A stretch of 64,000 nucleotides of DNA, taken from NCBI RefSeq assembly GCF_009914755.1, contig NC_060926.1. The stretch is one strand, 5' to 3'. Shown in pieces: positions 1-11,602 of the stretch; the first letter of the stretch is position 1, and each line of letters starts with the position of its first letter. The notes under the pieces are model-generated. The model did no database searches and was not told the origin of the DNA. It worked only from the letters and a program-made list of their open reading frames with translations. The translations under genes were made by a program, and so were the position numbers. The stretch is from the human T2T-CHM13v2.0 reference genome, Homo sapiens.

Positions 1-59
1 ACTGATTTGAGATGGTGATTTTGTTAGTAGTAAATTTAAAAGGAGAAACTAAAATGTAG

Positions 60-2030
60 TAAAATAACAAAGACATACAATTTAGGAAGAAATGCCAAAT
101 TGAGAGAGCAGACTTCTCAACAGCAACAGGAGATACAAGAAAATGGATAAATAATACTTTTGAACTGCTGAGAGAAATAAATTTTCAACTTAAAAAATTT
201 TACCCAGCTAATTAAATACTCAAGAGTAAGGGATAAATACACACATAGTTGGACAAATAAAAACACTCACAAATGAAGCACATCATAAAAAAACAAATAA
301 AACTAACAAAGAAGCCCAAAAATTCAGAGAAATGTTGAAAGAAAAAATCAAAATCATGTGAATTAAAAAGCATTGTGTGGGTGTAGAACAATAATGATAA
401 TTAATATAAAAATAAAAAGAAGGTAGAATTAATACACTAAAATAAAAATAACTTGTATGAGAGATGCATACAACTAAGTTCCATATACTATGAGAGATGT
501 GTACAACTAAGTTCCATATACTATTAGGGAAAAAGTTAAATGATTAATTAATTTTAGGCTTTTAAAAGTTGATATGTTGAAACTTTAAAAATACCGAATT
601 TTAAAGAACTAAATAATGGAAAGAACTAAGTAATGGAAATATGCCAATAAATGAATAATTTGCAAATCAATGGTTGCAAAAAATAAACAAAAATATCACT
701 CCAAAACAGTACAAAAATGAGGAAAAATGAAAGCAAAAGAAGTAGTATAAATAGGAAGTAGAAGGCAGGAGTTAATAATTATAATTAAAATGATAAAGGA
801 ATAAATAATAAAATGAATAATTTTCTTGAACATATTGTTACCAGTGGTGACTGAAGAAGAGGTAGACAATAGGAATTGACCAGCAAACATTTAACACATT
901 GAAACAATGATATATCTCTCAACCAGGAAATGAGTTCTATATTATTTACAAGGTAATGTTATTAACTCTTCAAAAAATAAATAATCTCTAGTGTATATAC
1001 TTTCCCCCCAAGAATAGGTGTGCTTTATATAAGTTTACTATCAACATTTGACAAGGCAATAAAGCAAAAGGAAAATTATAGGTGAATCATTCTGAAGAAC
1101 ATAAATACAAAAAGAATACGTGTTGACAGAAAGACCAAATGTAATACAGGAATGTAAAGATTATCCAGTTCCAGAATATCTGTCAAAAAGAAAAAGAAAG
1201 AGCACATGCTTATCTCGACAGATATGGAAAAATTATTTTATAAATATTTATGTTTAAACAATGGCTCTGAAAATATAAGGATATTTCTGTTATCAGATGA
1301 AAAGTGTCCAACAAAATGCACAGAAAAAAGTACTTAGTGATAAAATTTTAAAAGCATTTCCGTTAACATTGTGGGAATATTTGCCAACATTTGTTGCAAC
1401 TATTCAACACTGTTTGAGAGGTTATAAACACTTACTGTGCAGAAGAAATAAGATTAACGATTAAAGAGAAAGAGAAAAAATTGTTGTTACTTGCCAAATT
1501 TTCTATACAGAAAATTCACAATGCTACAGACAAAATGCTACACTTAAATAAGAACCTTCAGCTAGTTTTCTAAATAAAAGATTAATAACAAAAGTTTATT
1601 ACCATTTTTTGCATTTGTAATAACTAATGTAAAATGCTACTCAATACCACAAAGGCATGAACAATCCTCTCATTAATTAATAAACAATAAAATTTCAACT
1701 TGGAAAAATGACTTTCTAAAATTTATACACAAAAATGGGGGGGAAAACAGGCTTATTCTAAGACAATTTTCAAAATGGAGAATAATACTGGAAGACTTGT
1801 TACAATAGGATAATGATACTTATCTTAAAGGGATAGTACCTAAAACAGTGTGTTTTTGGCACAAGGCTGAACAAATAAACCAAAGAAACAGAACAAAGAC
1901 TCAAGAAACCAACCCACACCTGCACAGGAATTTGATTTGTAACAGAGTTTAGTTGCGGAAATTAAAAAAATATTGGGGAAGCACAGGTAATTCAATAAAT
2001 ACAAGTTTTGGAACATCAGCATTATCAAAG
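60..2030 (+). mobile_element. Degenerate old L1M LINE (ORF1 C-terminus and scattered ORF2 RT/3' remnants)
   Basis: A-rich plus strand. 110-240 resembles L1 ORF1 ADFS..RQW..IFKVL.E.NFQPRILYPAKL. ~1070 resembles KENYRPISLMNIDAK, ~1205 HMIISIDAEK, and 1790-1950 TYYKA.VIKTVWYW..DQWNRIE.PE.NPH. Many stops and frameshifts. Confidence 0.85.
456..521. repeat. 33-bp tandem duplication
   Basis: tatgagagatgCAtacaactaagttccatatac followed by tatgagagatgTGtacaactaagttccatatac. Confidence 0.95.
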
Positions 2031-2456
2031 TCTACTGTAAATTGTCCCTTCTTTGAATCTTTAAAATAAGTCATTCTGTATCTCACAAATTAATAGTTGG
2101 TTGTGTTTTTCACCCATGTCTCTATCATCATTCTAGGAGTTTATTTTCTAATAAACTGGGATGTGTATAGTAAATATATGTTCAAGTGGATACGGCATCT
2201 GAAAGGGCTTTAAAGTCAGAATATGTGCTTAATTTTTGGTCCTGTTTCTCACAATTTCCCCAGGCCATGAGTTTCTTATTTCAAAAATGGGAACAGAAAT
2301 ATTTGCCTTCTGTATCAATAGATGTGAAGTAAAAATGATCAAATGAATGTGAAAATATTCTATAAATATGAAACTCTACATGTGTTAATTCTTTGTTGCT
2401 ATATTATTTTCAAAGCCTAGGATATAATAGATGCGAAGCATGATGCAGATAGCCAA

Positions 2457-3160
2457 CAGGACTGGCTTCATGGGCATTTGACCTGTGTGGTCAACCGAGT
2501 GCGCATGTGAGCAGAGGAGTTACAAGCAATATGCACATCCCCTGTTCCTTGCCAGCCATTTCTATGTAGTGTTCACAGTGTCTCATGGATATAGTACTCC
2601 AGGGACCCAGGATGCATGGGAGACTCAGAGAACTACGAGGGAGATTTGTTATGTATAAGACAGTGATAAAGATGGAAAGGGTAAGATTTCACATTCCACA
2701 GTTCCTTTTTCTTTCAGTCCTTTCTTACTCATCTGAAGGTAGAGAGTGTTGGTAGAATGTGTGCGTATCACAAAGTGAAATATAAACTGTTGAGTTGCTT
2801 TTGCACAGCATTTCCACTGTTCTAGTAAGAACAAAATACATATGTATGTACAAGCTGTGAAATACAAACTGTAACTTTGGTGATTCTACATATGAGTTAA
2901 GCGCTCCTATATTTGCATTTTAAACTGGCATTGCATAAAATAAGGATAAAGGTAAAATTCACTCTAAGAATTTATTTTTTGAAATTTTTTTAACCTAGAA
3001 TGCCATTAAATACCAAATATAAAGCCCGGTGGCAAGTCAAGAGACTGTGGAAGAAAGGAAAATACTTTACATTTAAATGTCTTTAAAGGACTTCTTTCCT
3101 TCATTTTCAAAAGAGACTGCAATTTCATTTTGCACTGGGTCCCACAAATTATATGAGCAA
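2457..3160. mobile_element. hAT-Tip100 DNA transposon relic (Zaphod/MER115-like)
   Basis: Termini caggactggcttcatgggc... and ...cattttgcactgggtcccacaaattat match recalled Zaphod/MER115 ends. Confidence 0.7.
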
Positions 3161-3505
3161 TGCAATGACTGATCAAATTGCTCTGTGAAACACACACTGG
3201 CCGAAGTACGCATATATAGTCCCTCCAACCACTAATATCAAATTAAACAAGTAAAATGAAAGACTGATCCCTTGTTTTGAAAACCACAGACTTTCCTAAT
3301 AAGAGTAAGATTCTAAAACCTTCCTAGTAATGGCTTCAACTCACCTTAATAATTTAAATTAAATACTAGTCAACATTTGCAGTGGCATTGCTTAAAGAAC
3401 TAAAATAACCAATTTGCTTCTCTTAGGCCCAATTTTAAAAATGCTCCAAGGAGTTTTTGGAGCATGGGCCAATGGAAGCTTCCTCAAGACCAGAGCTTCC
3501 ATCCT

Positions 3506-3830
3506 ATTTTTTCTTTTCTTTTTTATTTATTTATTTTTGAGACAGAGTCTTGTTCTGTCGCCCAGGCTGGAGTACAGTAGCATGACCTCAGCTCACCACA
3601 ACCTCCGCTTCCTGGATTCAAGCAATTCTCCTGCCTCAGCCTCCTGAGTAGCTGGGATTACAGGTGTGTGCCACTATGCCCAGCTACTTTTTGTATTTTT
3701 TTTTTCTTTTAGCAGAGATGGGTTTTTGCCATGTTGGCCAGGCTGGTATTGAACTCCTGATGCCAGGTGATCCGCCTGCTCCGGCCTCCCAAAGTGCTGT
3801 GATTGCAGGCATGAGCCACTGCACCCAGCC
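3506..3830 (-). mobile_element. Alu SINE (AluS-type), full dimer
   Basis: T-rich tail, then gagacagagtcttgttctgtcgcccaggctggag ... gagccactgcacccagcc. Confidence 0.97.
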
Positions 3831-4084
3831 TTCCTCCCCATTTTCTAAGCAATTTGCACACAAGAAACAAGGGAGCAGAGATTTATTCATAAGCTTCATC
3901 TTGACTTTAGGCCTGTGTGCTAAGAAGACAATTAGACAATTTCTGAGCTACATCCTCAGAAACAGGAGAAAAGGACAGGAAATCTATCAGGAAGATATTA
4001 AGCAAGAAATTCCAGAACAATGGTGATAAGAATTTGGTAGGGATTCTTGAATCTCTGCATATTCCATCAGTTTATTTTATTTTT

Positions 4085-4090
4085 AAATTA

Positions 4091-4126
<36 letters not shown>

Positions 4127-4240
4127 GTAGAAATGGTTGAGGGGTGGGGGGTCTCGCTTTGTTGCCCAGGTTGGTCTTGCACTCCTGGGCTCAAGCAATC
4201 CTCCCCCATCAGCCTCCCAAAGTGCTAGGATTACAGGTGC
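4085..4240 (-). mobile_element. Alu left monomer (FLAM/AluJ fragment)
   Basis: Long T run followed by gtctcgctttgttgcccagg...ctcctgggctcaagcaatcctccc...caaagtgctaggattacagg. Confidence 0.9.
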
Positions 4241-6183
4241 ATTTCCTTCCTTCCTTCCTTTCTCTTTCTTTTATTATTATTTTTTAAAATATTTTGTTTA
4301 TTCTCTCTTCAATCATTACCAGTCAAGTCACCACAATGAGAGTTAAGGGTGTGCTTGCCATAAGGAATAATAACTCCCAGACTTGGGAGGGGAGAAACTT
4401 CACCAGAGAGTGGGCATGGCAGCTGCGGTAGATGAGAGAGGCAGTGTGGGTCAGGCCATCCCTGAACTGAAGGCAATGAGTCTACTCCTCTGGGGCCAGA
4501 GACTGGTCTTTCTAGCCCTGCAATCCATGTCCGCAAGTCTCATTGCCTGGCATGGAGAAGATGGGAAGGAAATGTGAGTGAATACTCCTGCAGCTTCCCC
4601 TGCACCAATCCTCTACATGATTCTGACTCTGCTCCTAACAAGGATAAGCAGATGGAGGCTGGGAACACACTTCCTTAGGAGTTTAATTTATTCCTAATAA
4701 CCATGCTGCATCGTTCTTGAACAAAAATCAATTTCCTTTCTGTTTATGTCAAAACTCTCATACTCTCCTCAGTGTCTTAAAATCACTGGTGCAGAAATTT
4801 CACATCAAGATCTCATTTTGTGTCAAGAAACCCAATTGCATAAAAGCACTTCTGCTCTTGCAACATGAATTTTTATGAATTTTCTGGGATGTAAAATTCT
4901 TCACATTAAAGATCTATCATAACTAAGAGCAAAGTTTAGGCTAATGACTTAGACACTCTTATTAGGCTAAAAAGATGTAAGTATTTAAGTGAAAATAAGT
5001 AGATTTTATATGTATTTTTCAAAATGTAAATCTTATTTCAAAACCTGTTGTGACTAAAGTAGACATAACTTTGGTTGAAAAATTAGCCTATTATTGGTTT
5101 GATAGAAATAATAAAAATAACACTGAAGTAGAAGTAAATAGTAATATAACTCATTTAAACCCTAAGAAATTGGGATAGAAAGATCTACTCTGAGTTTTAT
5201 CTGAGGGATCATTAACCAGTTCATTGCAGTAGGAGAGAGAAAAGAGGGAGGATCTGGGGTTGGTACCTAAAATTGCCCCCGACCATTGGTGCTAGAGGGA
5301 TGCCAGTCCAGTACAGCTTGGGGCAGTAACTGCTTACCTCATCTGGATGGAATATGTCTCCAGATGATGCTGGTGATTGTCAAGGGAAGTAGACATATTC
5401 TGAGGTCACATGCAGAAATGAGAGAACCATTTCTCTAGCAGTGAAATTGGGGTATGTGACAAGGTCATACCTTGATCTGTCTGTAGACAGCAGCACTCCA
5501 GGCTCTGAGTTAGCATTTTTAACTCTAGAGATTAAATCCCTGGCTTGGGAACAGGTTTGCAAGAAAAGCACAGGCTGCAGTATAAACTAGACTAAAATGA
5601 GGCAGGTCATCCAGAAAAACATGTGGGTCCAATAAAACAAGATTGTTGCTGCTCATCAGACCTGGCACAAAGTGCGTCTTGAATAAGGTCACAGCCCACT
5701 CACCAAGTGTGTAACCAAAGTCAAGGACAGAGTAGACAGTATAGATTTGGTGTTAGGTTGTATATTTATTTAATTGTGAGGCTGACATCGATAAGTTATT
5801 TGGTTTGAAAATGGTTTGGAGGCTGGAAAAAGCTTGAGAAGGAGAGCCTCATGACTAGGAGCCAAGTGGAACCTGCCCTGGGCAGGAACCTGCTGCAATA
5901 GTCCTGGTTTAGAGATAGTTATGAGGCTTTGACTTTGTGAGTAACATAATACTAAACTCATCAGCCCAACTGTATTATTCAGGTATATTTTGTCATGAGG
6001 AAGAAAATATCTCTCAAGATAAGAGGGCCCTGGATGACTGGTTGTTTCAGTTCGGTTAATTCCACCCCCTAATGGAAAGGAGTGGATTCTGGCTTGAGGA
6101 ACATGTGTGCAAACAAAGGTGGGTGTCTCATTTGAGGTATCTATGAATGGTTTTAGTTACTCTCCAATCTTAAAATGCCAGGC

Positions 6184-6406
6184 TGTATTAGTGACAGTTC
6201 TTTAGAGGGACAGAACTAATGGAATACATACATACCAGTCAAGTCACCACATATAAAGGAAAGTTTTTTGAGTATTAACTCACAGGATCATAAGGTCCCA
6301 CAATACGCCACCTGCAGGCTGAGATCATAAGGTCCCACAATACGCCACCTGCAGGCTGAGGAGTAAGGACAGCCAGTCTGAATTCCAAAACTGAAGAATT
6401 TGGAGA
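6184..6406 (-). mobile_element. HERV-L #1 3' LTR remnant (MLT2A, truncated)
   Basis: Homologous to 11603-11760 (tgtattagt...agagggacagaactaatggaa...ttccaaaactgaagaa.ttggag). Ends abruptly at 6406. Confidence 0.92.
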
Positions 6407-6557
6407 CTTTTAGTTTACCTATAGGCTGCTTGTGTTAACCAGCTCCATTAGACCCTCTACCTTGTCACAAGGACAGAGGGCTTTCTGTATCCTGGATTCT
6501 TGCCTTGGTGTACTGGAAGAATTGGATCACACGTGGGCTTGGAGAGTGAGTGCAAAG
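6407..6557 (-). mobile_element. Inverted fragment of an ERV1 LTR (LTR1-like)
   Basis: Reverse complement of 7590-7740 with about 11 mismatches in 151 bp. Confidence 0.92.
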
Positions 6558-7086
6558 GCAGGCAGAAAGTGGCTATCTAGGTTTTTAATAATAGAAACAG
6601 GGAGGCCCAGGAAAGAGAGAGGAGATACAGGTATTCCCGGGGTGCACCTATTAACTGCTAAAGATACGGCAAGAACAGTTATCTCTTTTCTAAAAGTTTA
6701 TCTGCTCCCATACAAGGTTTAATTTCTATCACCAGGGTGAAACGGCTCAGAGTACAATGTTGTTAGTATATTTTACTTCTTGTCTCTATAATCTTTGGCA
6801 CTAAATTCTTTCCTTGTATAACACACGTGTTTAACCCATGCATACTTAATCTTATAAAACTTGTTTTTCCTCTCACGCCTAGAAACCACCAAACTCCAAA
6901 TGGTCAGGCAACCAGAGCCTTGGCTGATGGCTCCCCTTTGCTAGGAACCCTTAGAGAGACCTCTGGGAGGAATCTGACTGCTGTTTTTCCCCCCAAAACA
7001 ATGCCCCCTGTCAGCAGAAAGCAGCTAATACTGGTCATCTTCCATATTCTGATGGCAGTTAGATGTACCTCTTCAGAGGGGCAGAA
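6558..7086 (+). mobile_element. 3' end of an ERV1 internal region (HUERS-P2-like), env-tail remnant plus PPT
   Basis: ctagaaaccaccaaactccaaatggtc resembles the gammaretroviral env tail (EAIKLQMV). The purine tract agaggggcagaa directly precedes the LTR. Confidence 0.7.
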
Positions 7087-7936
7087 TGATATGGGAGTGC
7101 TGGGAAGGGAAGAGCATGTCCCATTAAATGATACAGAAGAGGAGGAAGGGAGGTGCTGGGTAGAGGAGGGCGTGGTCCCTGGTTATGGTTCCCTCCCCAC
7201 TGACGTAGATGAGGACAGGTGCTCCTGCTTTCTCGCCCAAATGTTGCATTTTCCAAGACCACCCGGTCCCACCATGCCCCCCATCCTGGGCCTATAAAAA
7301 CCTGAGATCCTAGTGGGCAGACAAACAGGCAGCCAGACTTTGAGAGGAGTATATCAGTGGAAGAAGACATAAGTGGCTGGTCGTCCAGAGGATGTTGAGA
7401 GGAGCATGCTGGAAAAAGAGCACACTGATAGGCACTGGGACCCCAGCAGGCCACTGACTGGCAGGATGAGGTGGAGTTTGACCGGGCCAGTTGGAGGGGA
7501 GCCGGGAATGCTGAGTAGCCCAACTTCATGGGAAAACCATCTCCTTTCTGACTCCCCCATCGGCTGAGAGCTACTTCCACTCAATAAAACTTTGCACTCA
7601 TTCTCCAAGCCCATGTGTGGTCCAATTCTTCCAGTACACCAAGGTAAGAATCCATGATACACTAAGCACTCTGTCCTTGTGACAAGGTAGAGGGTCTAAT
7701 GGAGCTGGTTACCACTAGAAGCCTATAGGTAAACTAAAAGAGCACGCTGTTGCACAGGCCTATTGGGGCTTCAGGAGCTGTAAACATTCACCCTTAGACA
7801 CTGCCATGGGGTTGGAGCCCCACAGCCTGCCTGTCTGTATGCTCCCCTAGATGTTTGAGCATTGGGGCACCAAAGAAGCAAGTCATACCCCCATCACATG
7901 CTCTGTGAAGGGGACAAGGAAACCCTTCCTATTTCA
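7087..7936 (+). mobile_element. ERV1 LTR (LTR1/MER52 group), complete 3' LTR
   Basis: TG...CA termini (tgatatggga...atttca), TATA-like cctataaaaa ~7292 and AATAAA at 7583. Length ~850 bp. Confidence 0.85.
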
Positions 7937-9580
7937 ATACATTCAGATGCCACCAAAGCTCAGTAACAAGCCAAGAGCTGTCTCTCAAAAGAAGAACGGT
8001 TATCTGCAGAAGATGGCAGGGACTTGTTCCAAAATCCTACAGGCCTCTGCTATGATTCACCTACGGGGGCCTGCCAAAGGCCCCAAACAGCATCACTATC
8101 TGCCACTGAATTATAAAAACAGAGAATCACAGCCCCTCAATCAATTTCCAGACTTAAGCAAGTTAAAAGCCCAGAACCCTTTGAATGAAGGGAATACCAG
8201 GTCCCCTTGAGGAAGGACCCCACTACATTACTGACAATTTATGCAGTGAATCTTTAAGCACCATTAAATCTGCTGGGTCTTATAGTCCAAGTGGCAGAGC
8301 AGCTTGCACAGCAGCCTGGACCTATTGCAGAGCCTTATCCTGTTCTGGTCCCCACTCAAAACTGGCAGCCTTTTGGGTCACTCAATAAATGGGCTGGAGT
8401 AATATATTCAAATAAGGAATGTGTTGCCTCCAAAATCCAAATATGCTCGCTGGGTGTTGTACCTCTTTCTTGGTTATAGGAGGGGCCAGATGCAGAAACT
8501 TATCCTTTATCTTAGAAGGACTACCTCAATAGTCCCCACACCACCCAACCCATAGAAATTTTACTGAAGGAGAAGGTCCCTGAATTTTAGTTATATTTAT
8601 TTCCCATCCTCTTGCACACAAATATCTTACCAAGAAGTCCAGTGTGTTTGCTACTTCTTGCTCACTGGACCTAATCAGCATAATGTCATCAATGTAATCG
8701 ACCAGTGTGATATCTTGCAGAAGCAAAAAGCGATCAAGGTCTCTCCTAATAAGATTATAACACAAAGCCACAAAGTTGATATACCCCTGAGGTAAGAAAG
8801 TAAAGGTATATTGCTGGCCTTGACAGCTGAAGGCAAATTGCTTCTGGTGGGCCTTATGGACAGGAATGGAGAAAAAGGCATTTACCAAGTCAATAGCTAC
8901 ATACCCGGTACTAGATATGTTAATTTACCAAGCAATGAAACCACATTTAGTATAGCAGCCGCAACTGAAGTCACCACTTGGTTAACCTTACGATAATCCA
9001 CTGTTGTTTTCCAAGATCCATCTGTCTTCTGCAGAGGCCAAATGGGAAAGTTCAATGGGGATGTGGTGGGAATCACCACCCCTGCATCTTTCAAGTCCTT
9101 GATGGTGGCACTAATCTCAATCCCTGCAGGGGATTTACTATTTTTCTAGGTAGAGGCAGTTCTAATGGCTTCCATTTGGCCTCTCCCACCATAATTGCCC
9201 TCACCCTACCAGTCAGAGGGCCAATGTGGTGGTTCTGCCAGTTGCTAAATATGTCTCTGCCAATTATGCATTCTGGCACTGGGAAAATGACCACAGGATA
9301 AGTCTGGGGACCCACTGTAAGTTGGACCTGAGCTAAAACTCCATTAATTACCTGACCTCCATAAGCTCCTACTTTAACTGGAGGACCACAATGATGTTTT
9401 GGGTCCCCTGGAATCAGCATCAGCTCAGAGCCAGAGTCCAGTAGACCCTGAAATGTTTGATCATATCTCTTTTCCCAATGCACAGTAACCCTGGTAAAAG
9501 GCCGGAGGGTCTCCTTGGGAAAGATGGGAGAAAGATACACTGCATAAATTGTCAGTAATGTAGTGGGGTCCTTCCTCAAG
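7937..9580 (-). pseudogene. HERV-L #1 protease and reverse transcriptase remnant
   Basis: ORFs 9091-9579 (LLDSGSELMLIPG protease motif), 8897-9094 (FPIWPLQKTDGSWKTTVDYRK) and 8526-8888 (NAFFSIP, LPQGY, YIDD). Frameshifted, and truncated at 7937. Confidence 0.93.
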
Positions 9581-11512
9581 GGGACCTGGTCTTCCCTTCA
9601 TTCAAGGGGTTCTGGGCTTTTAACTTGCTTAAGTCTGGAAATTGATTGAGGGGCTGTGATTCTCTGTTTTTATAATTCAAATTATTCTTTTGTCCATTTG
9701 ATCTAGAAGTTTTCTGCTTATATAAATTAAGTAGGAATGCAGTAGGCTTCCTACCAATTTCACTTCTGGGAACACCGTCACTAGTTAGCCAATGCCAGAG
9801 CTCTACATGAGCCAGACTACTCTGATTGCCACTTTGCCTCTGCTGTCCATTTCAGTAGCTATGCCCACCTTGCCTTTTATGGTTGAGTGCCACCACTTGG
9901 CCTCTGCCACCTCAGGATCCAATTATTTCCACTGTATTTAACATTTATAGTTGAGTGACTGCAGTTTCCACTGTTAGATCTGACATACAAAGAAGAGCAA
10001 TTACAGGGCTCTTCAAAGATGCAGGTGCTGCCCTCACAAATCTATTCCACAGGATATTGGTCAAGTGTATATCTCCTGGACCTTCCCATATGGGATGAGT
10101 AGGTCTAAAGTGACTAATCTACTCCACTATCCCAATCTCCCTAAGTCTTTGGATCCCTTCCCCTGCACTAAACGAAGGGAGATGAGGCATTTCCAGCTCA
10201 CTCACGATGGGCCATCTTTTAATCCATATTTCAGCTAACCAAGCAAATAAACTATCAGAACCTTTTTTAACTCCCCAAGCTGTAACACTAAATGCAGAGT
10301 CCCTTCTTAGTGGGCCCAAATCAATTAATTCAGCCTGATCCAACTCTACGTTTCTTCCACCATTATACCACACCCTTAATATCCGTTCCCATGTCTGTTC
10401 TCCAGATTCCTGTTTATATAAATTAGAAAACTCAAACAGTTCTTTTCGAGTGTAGTGCACCTCCTTATGGGTCAGACTCTCAACCTCACCTCTAGGTGCC
10501 TGCCGGGACTTTTGTCTAGTTATAAATCTAGAAGGAAACGGGGGTTTTGGGGTGGCTCCTGAAAAGAATCAACATTATCTTGCCTGGCGACTGCCTCAGG
10601 GGAAGCCATCACTGTTTTCTCCAGCAGCTCTGGATTTATCTCCTTAAAGGTGGAAAGGTTGATGGCAGCATGGGACAGGGAGGGGATGTTGCCACTACTG
10701 AGGATGGGGAAGCTGTTTCTTCTGGCAAAAAAGGTTCAAAAGAATTTATAAACTCAGTGTCCCCAGCTTCACCAGTGTCCTCCCACATGTCCCCATTCCA
10801 ACTTGCAGGGTCCCATTCTCCTCCAATCAATGCCCTCACTTTAACAGTAGACACCTGGGGAGGCTGTGCATGCACCTTTCATTGCAGGTCAGCCACTCGC
10901 ATGATAAGAGCTTGTGTCTGTTTTTCCACAATTACAGCTATTTCTCTACAGGAGATAAGACTCTGACTTGGGGCAATCTTTATATATATATATACATATA
11001 TATATATATTTTATTATACTTTAAGTTCTAGGGTACATGTGCACAACGTGCAGGTTTGTTACATATGTATACATGTGCCATGTTGGTGTGCTGCACCCAT
11101 TAACTCATCATTTACATTAGGTATACCTCCTAATGCTATCCCTCCCCCCTCCCCCTACCCCGCAACAGGCCCCGGTGTGTGATGTTAGACTTGGGGCAAT
11201 CTTAGGAGATTTGAGGCTCAGTATTTGCTTCTGAAGCTGGGAGATGTAATCCCTGACATCATCATTTTCTTTCATCACTTTGTCCACTGAGCTTAGGAGC
11301 AACCAACTAGCTTCATTATATTCCTTGGTTCTCCACATATGGTCAAAGATACTACGTACAGAGTCACCGAACTCCTTGCCTCTGACAAGCGATGAATCAG
11401 GAGTGTCAAATGCATTTATTTTTAATAATTCTCTAAATAGTTCACACCAAGGACTACTAGTGTTCTCCATACTATTAGAATTACAGTCCTTAGTATTTTT
11501 GGGTCTACTCAT
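9580..11512 (-). pseudogene. HERV-L #1 gag remnant
   Basis: ORFs 11117-11512 (SPWCELFRELLKINAFDTPDS), 10636-10875 (VKVRALIGGEWDPASWNGD) and 10119-10460 (YTRKELFEFSNLYKQ..WERILRVW). Interrupted by stops and an L1 insertion. Confidence 0.92.
10981..11186 (-). mobile_element. 5'-truncated primate L1PA 3' end inserted into gag
   Basis: ttattatactttaagttctagggtacatgtgcacaacgtgcagg... with a perfect 16-bp TSD gacttggggcaatctt (10965-10980, 11188-11203). Tail replaced by (TA)n. Confidence 0.97.
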
Positions 11513-11580
11513 TAAGCAACCAACTCCAGAGACCCCAAAACCAACAAAAGAACTCCATCTTTAATATTCTGTCCTTCTAG

Positions 11581-11602
11581 AACCACTCCTGGTAATAAAA
11601 TC
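11581..11602 (-). promoter_or_regulatory. HERV-L primer-binding-site region (mutated)
   Basis: Minus strand gattttattaccaggagtggtt directly follows the LTR end ...ctaataca and resembles the HERV-L leader. Confidence 0.65.

Noticed and set aside
3414-4346. ORFs of 64-120 aa (also 12571-13419, 15014-15274, 24541-24826, 62863-63117)
   Set aside because: Typical Alu-derived translations (e.g. [14 protein letters not shown]), not genes.
5200-6100. Possible ancient Gypsy-like LTR relic (also 43300-43760)
   Set aside because: Composition is suggestive, but I cannot define termini or family without an HMM search.
6827-7662. Overlapping 100-173 aa ORFs
   Set aside because: They lie within a GC-richer ERV1 LTR and internal end, with no recognisable protein domain.
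8107-8255. Insert copied from HERV-L #2 (which starts with the same region at 17955)
   Set aside because: Over the shared ~50 bp the insert has 1 mismatch to #1 but 3 to #2, and #2 lacks most of the insert.
9580-11512. Domesticated ERV-L gag (Fv1-like restriction factor)
   Set aside because: Multiple stops and frameshifts and an L1 insertion; no long ORF.
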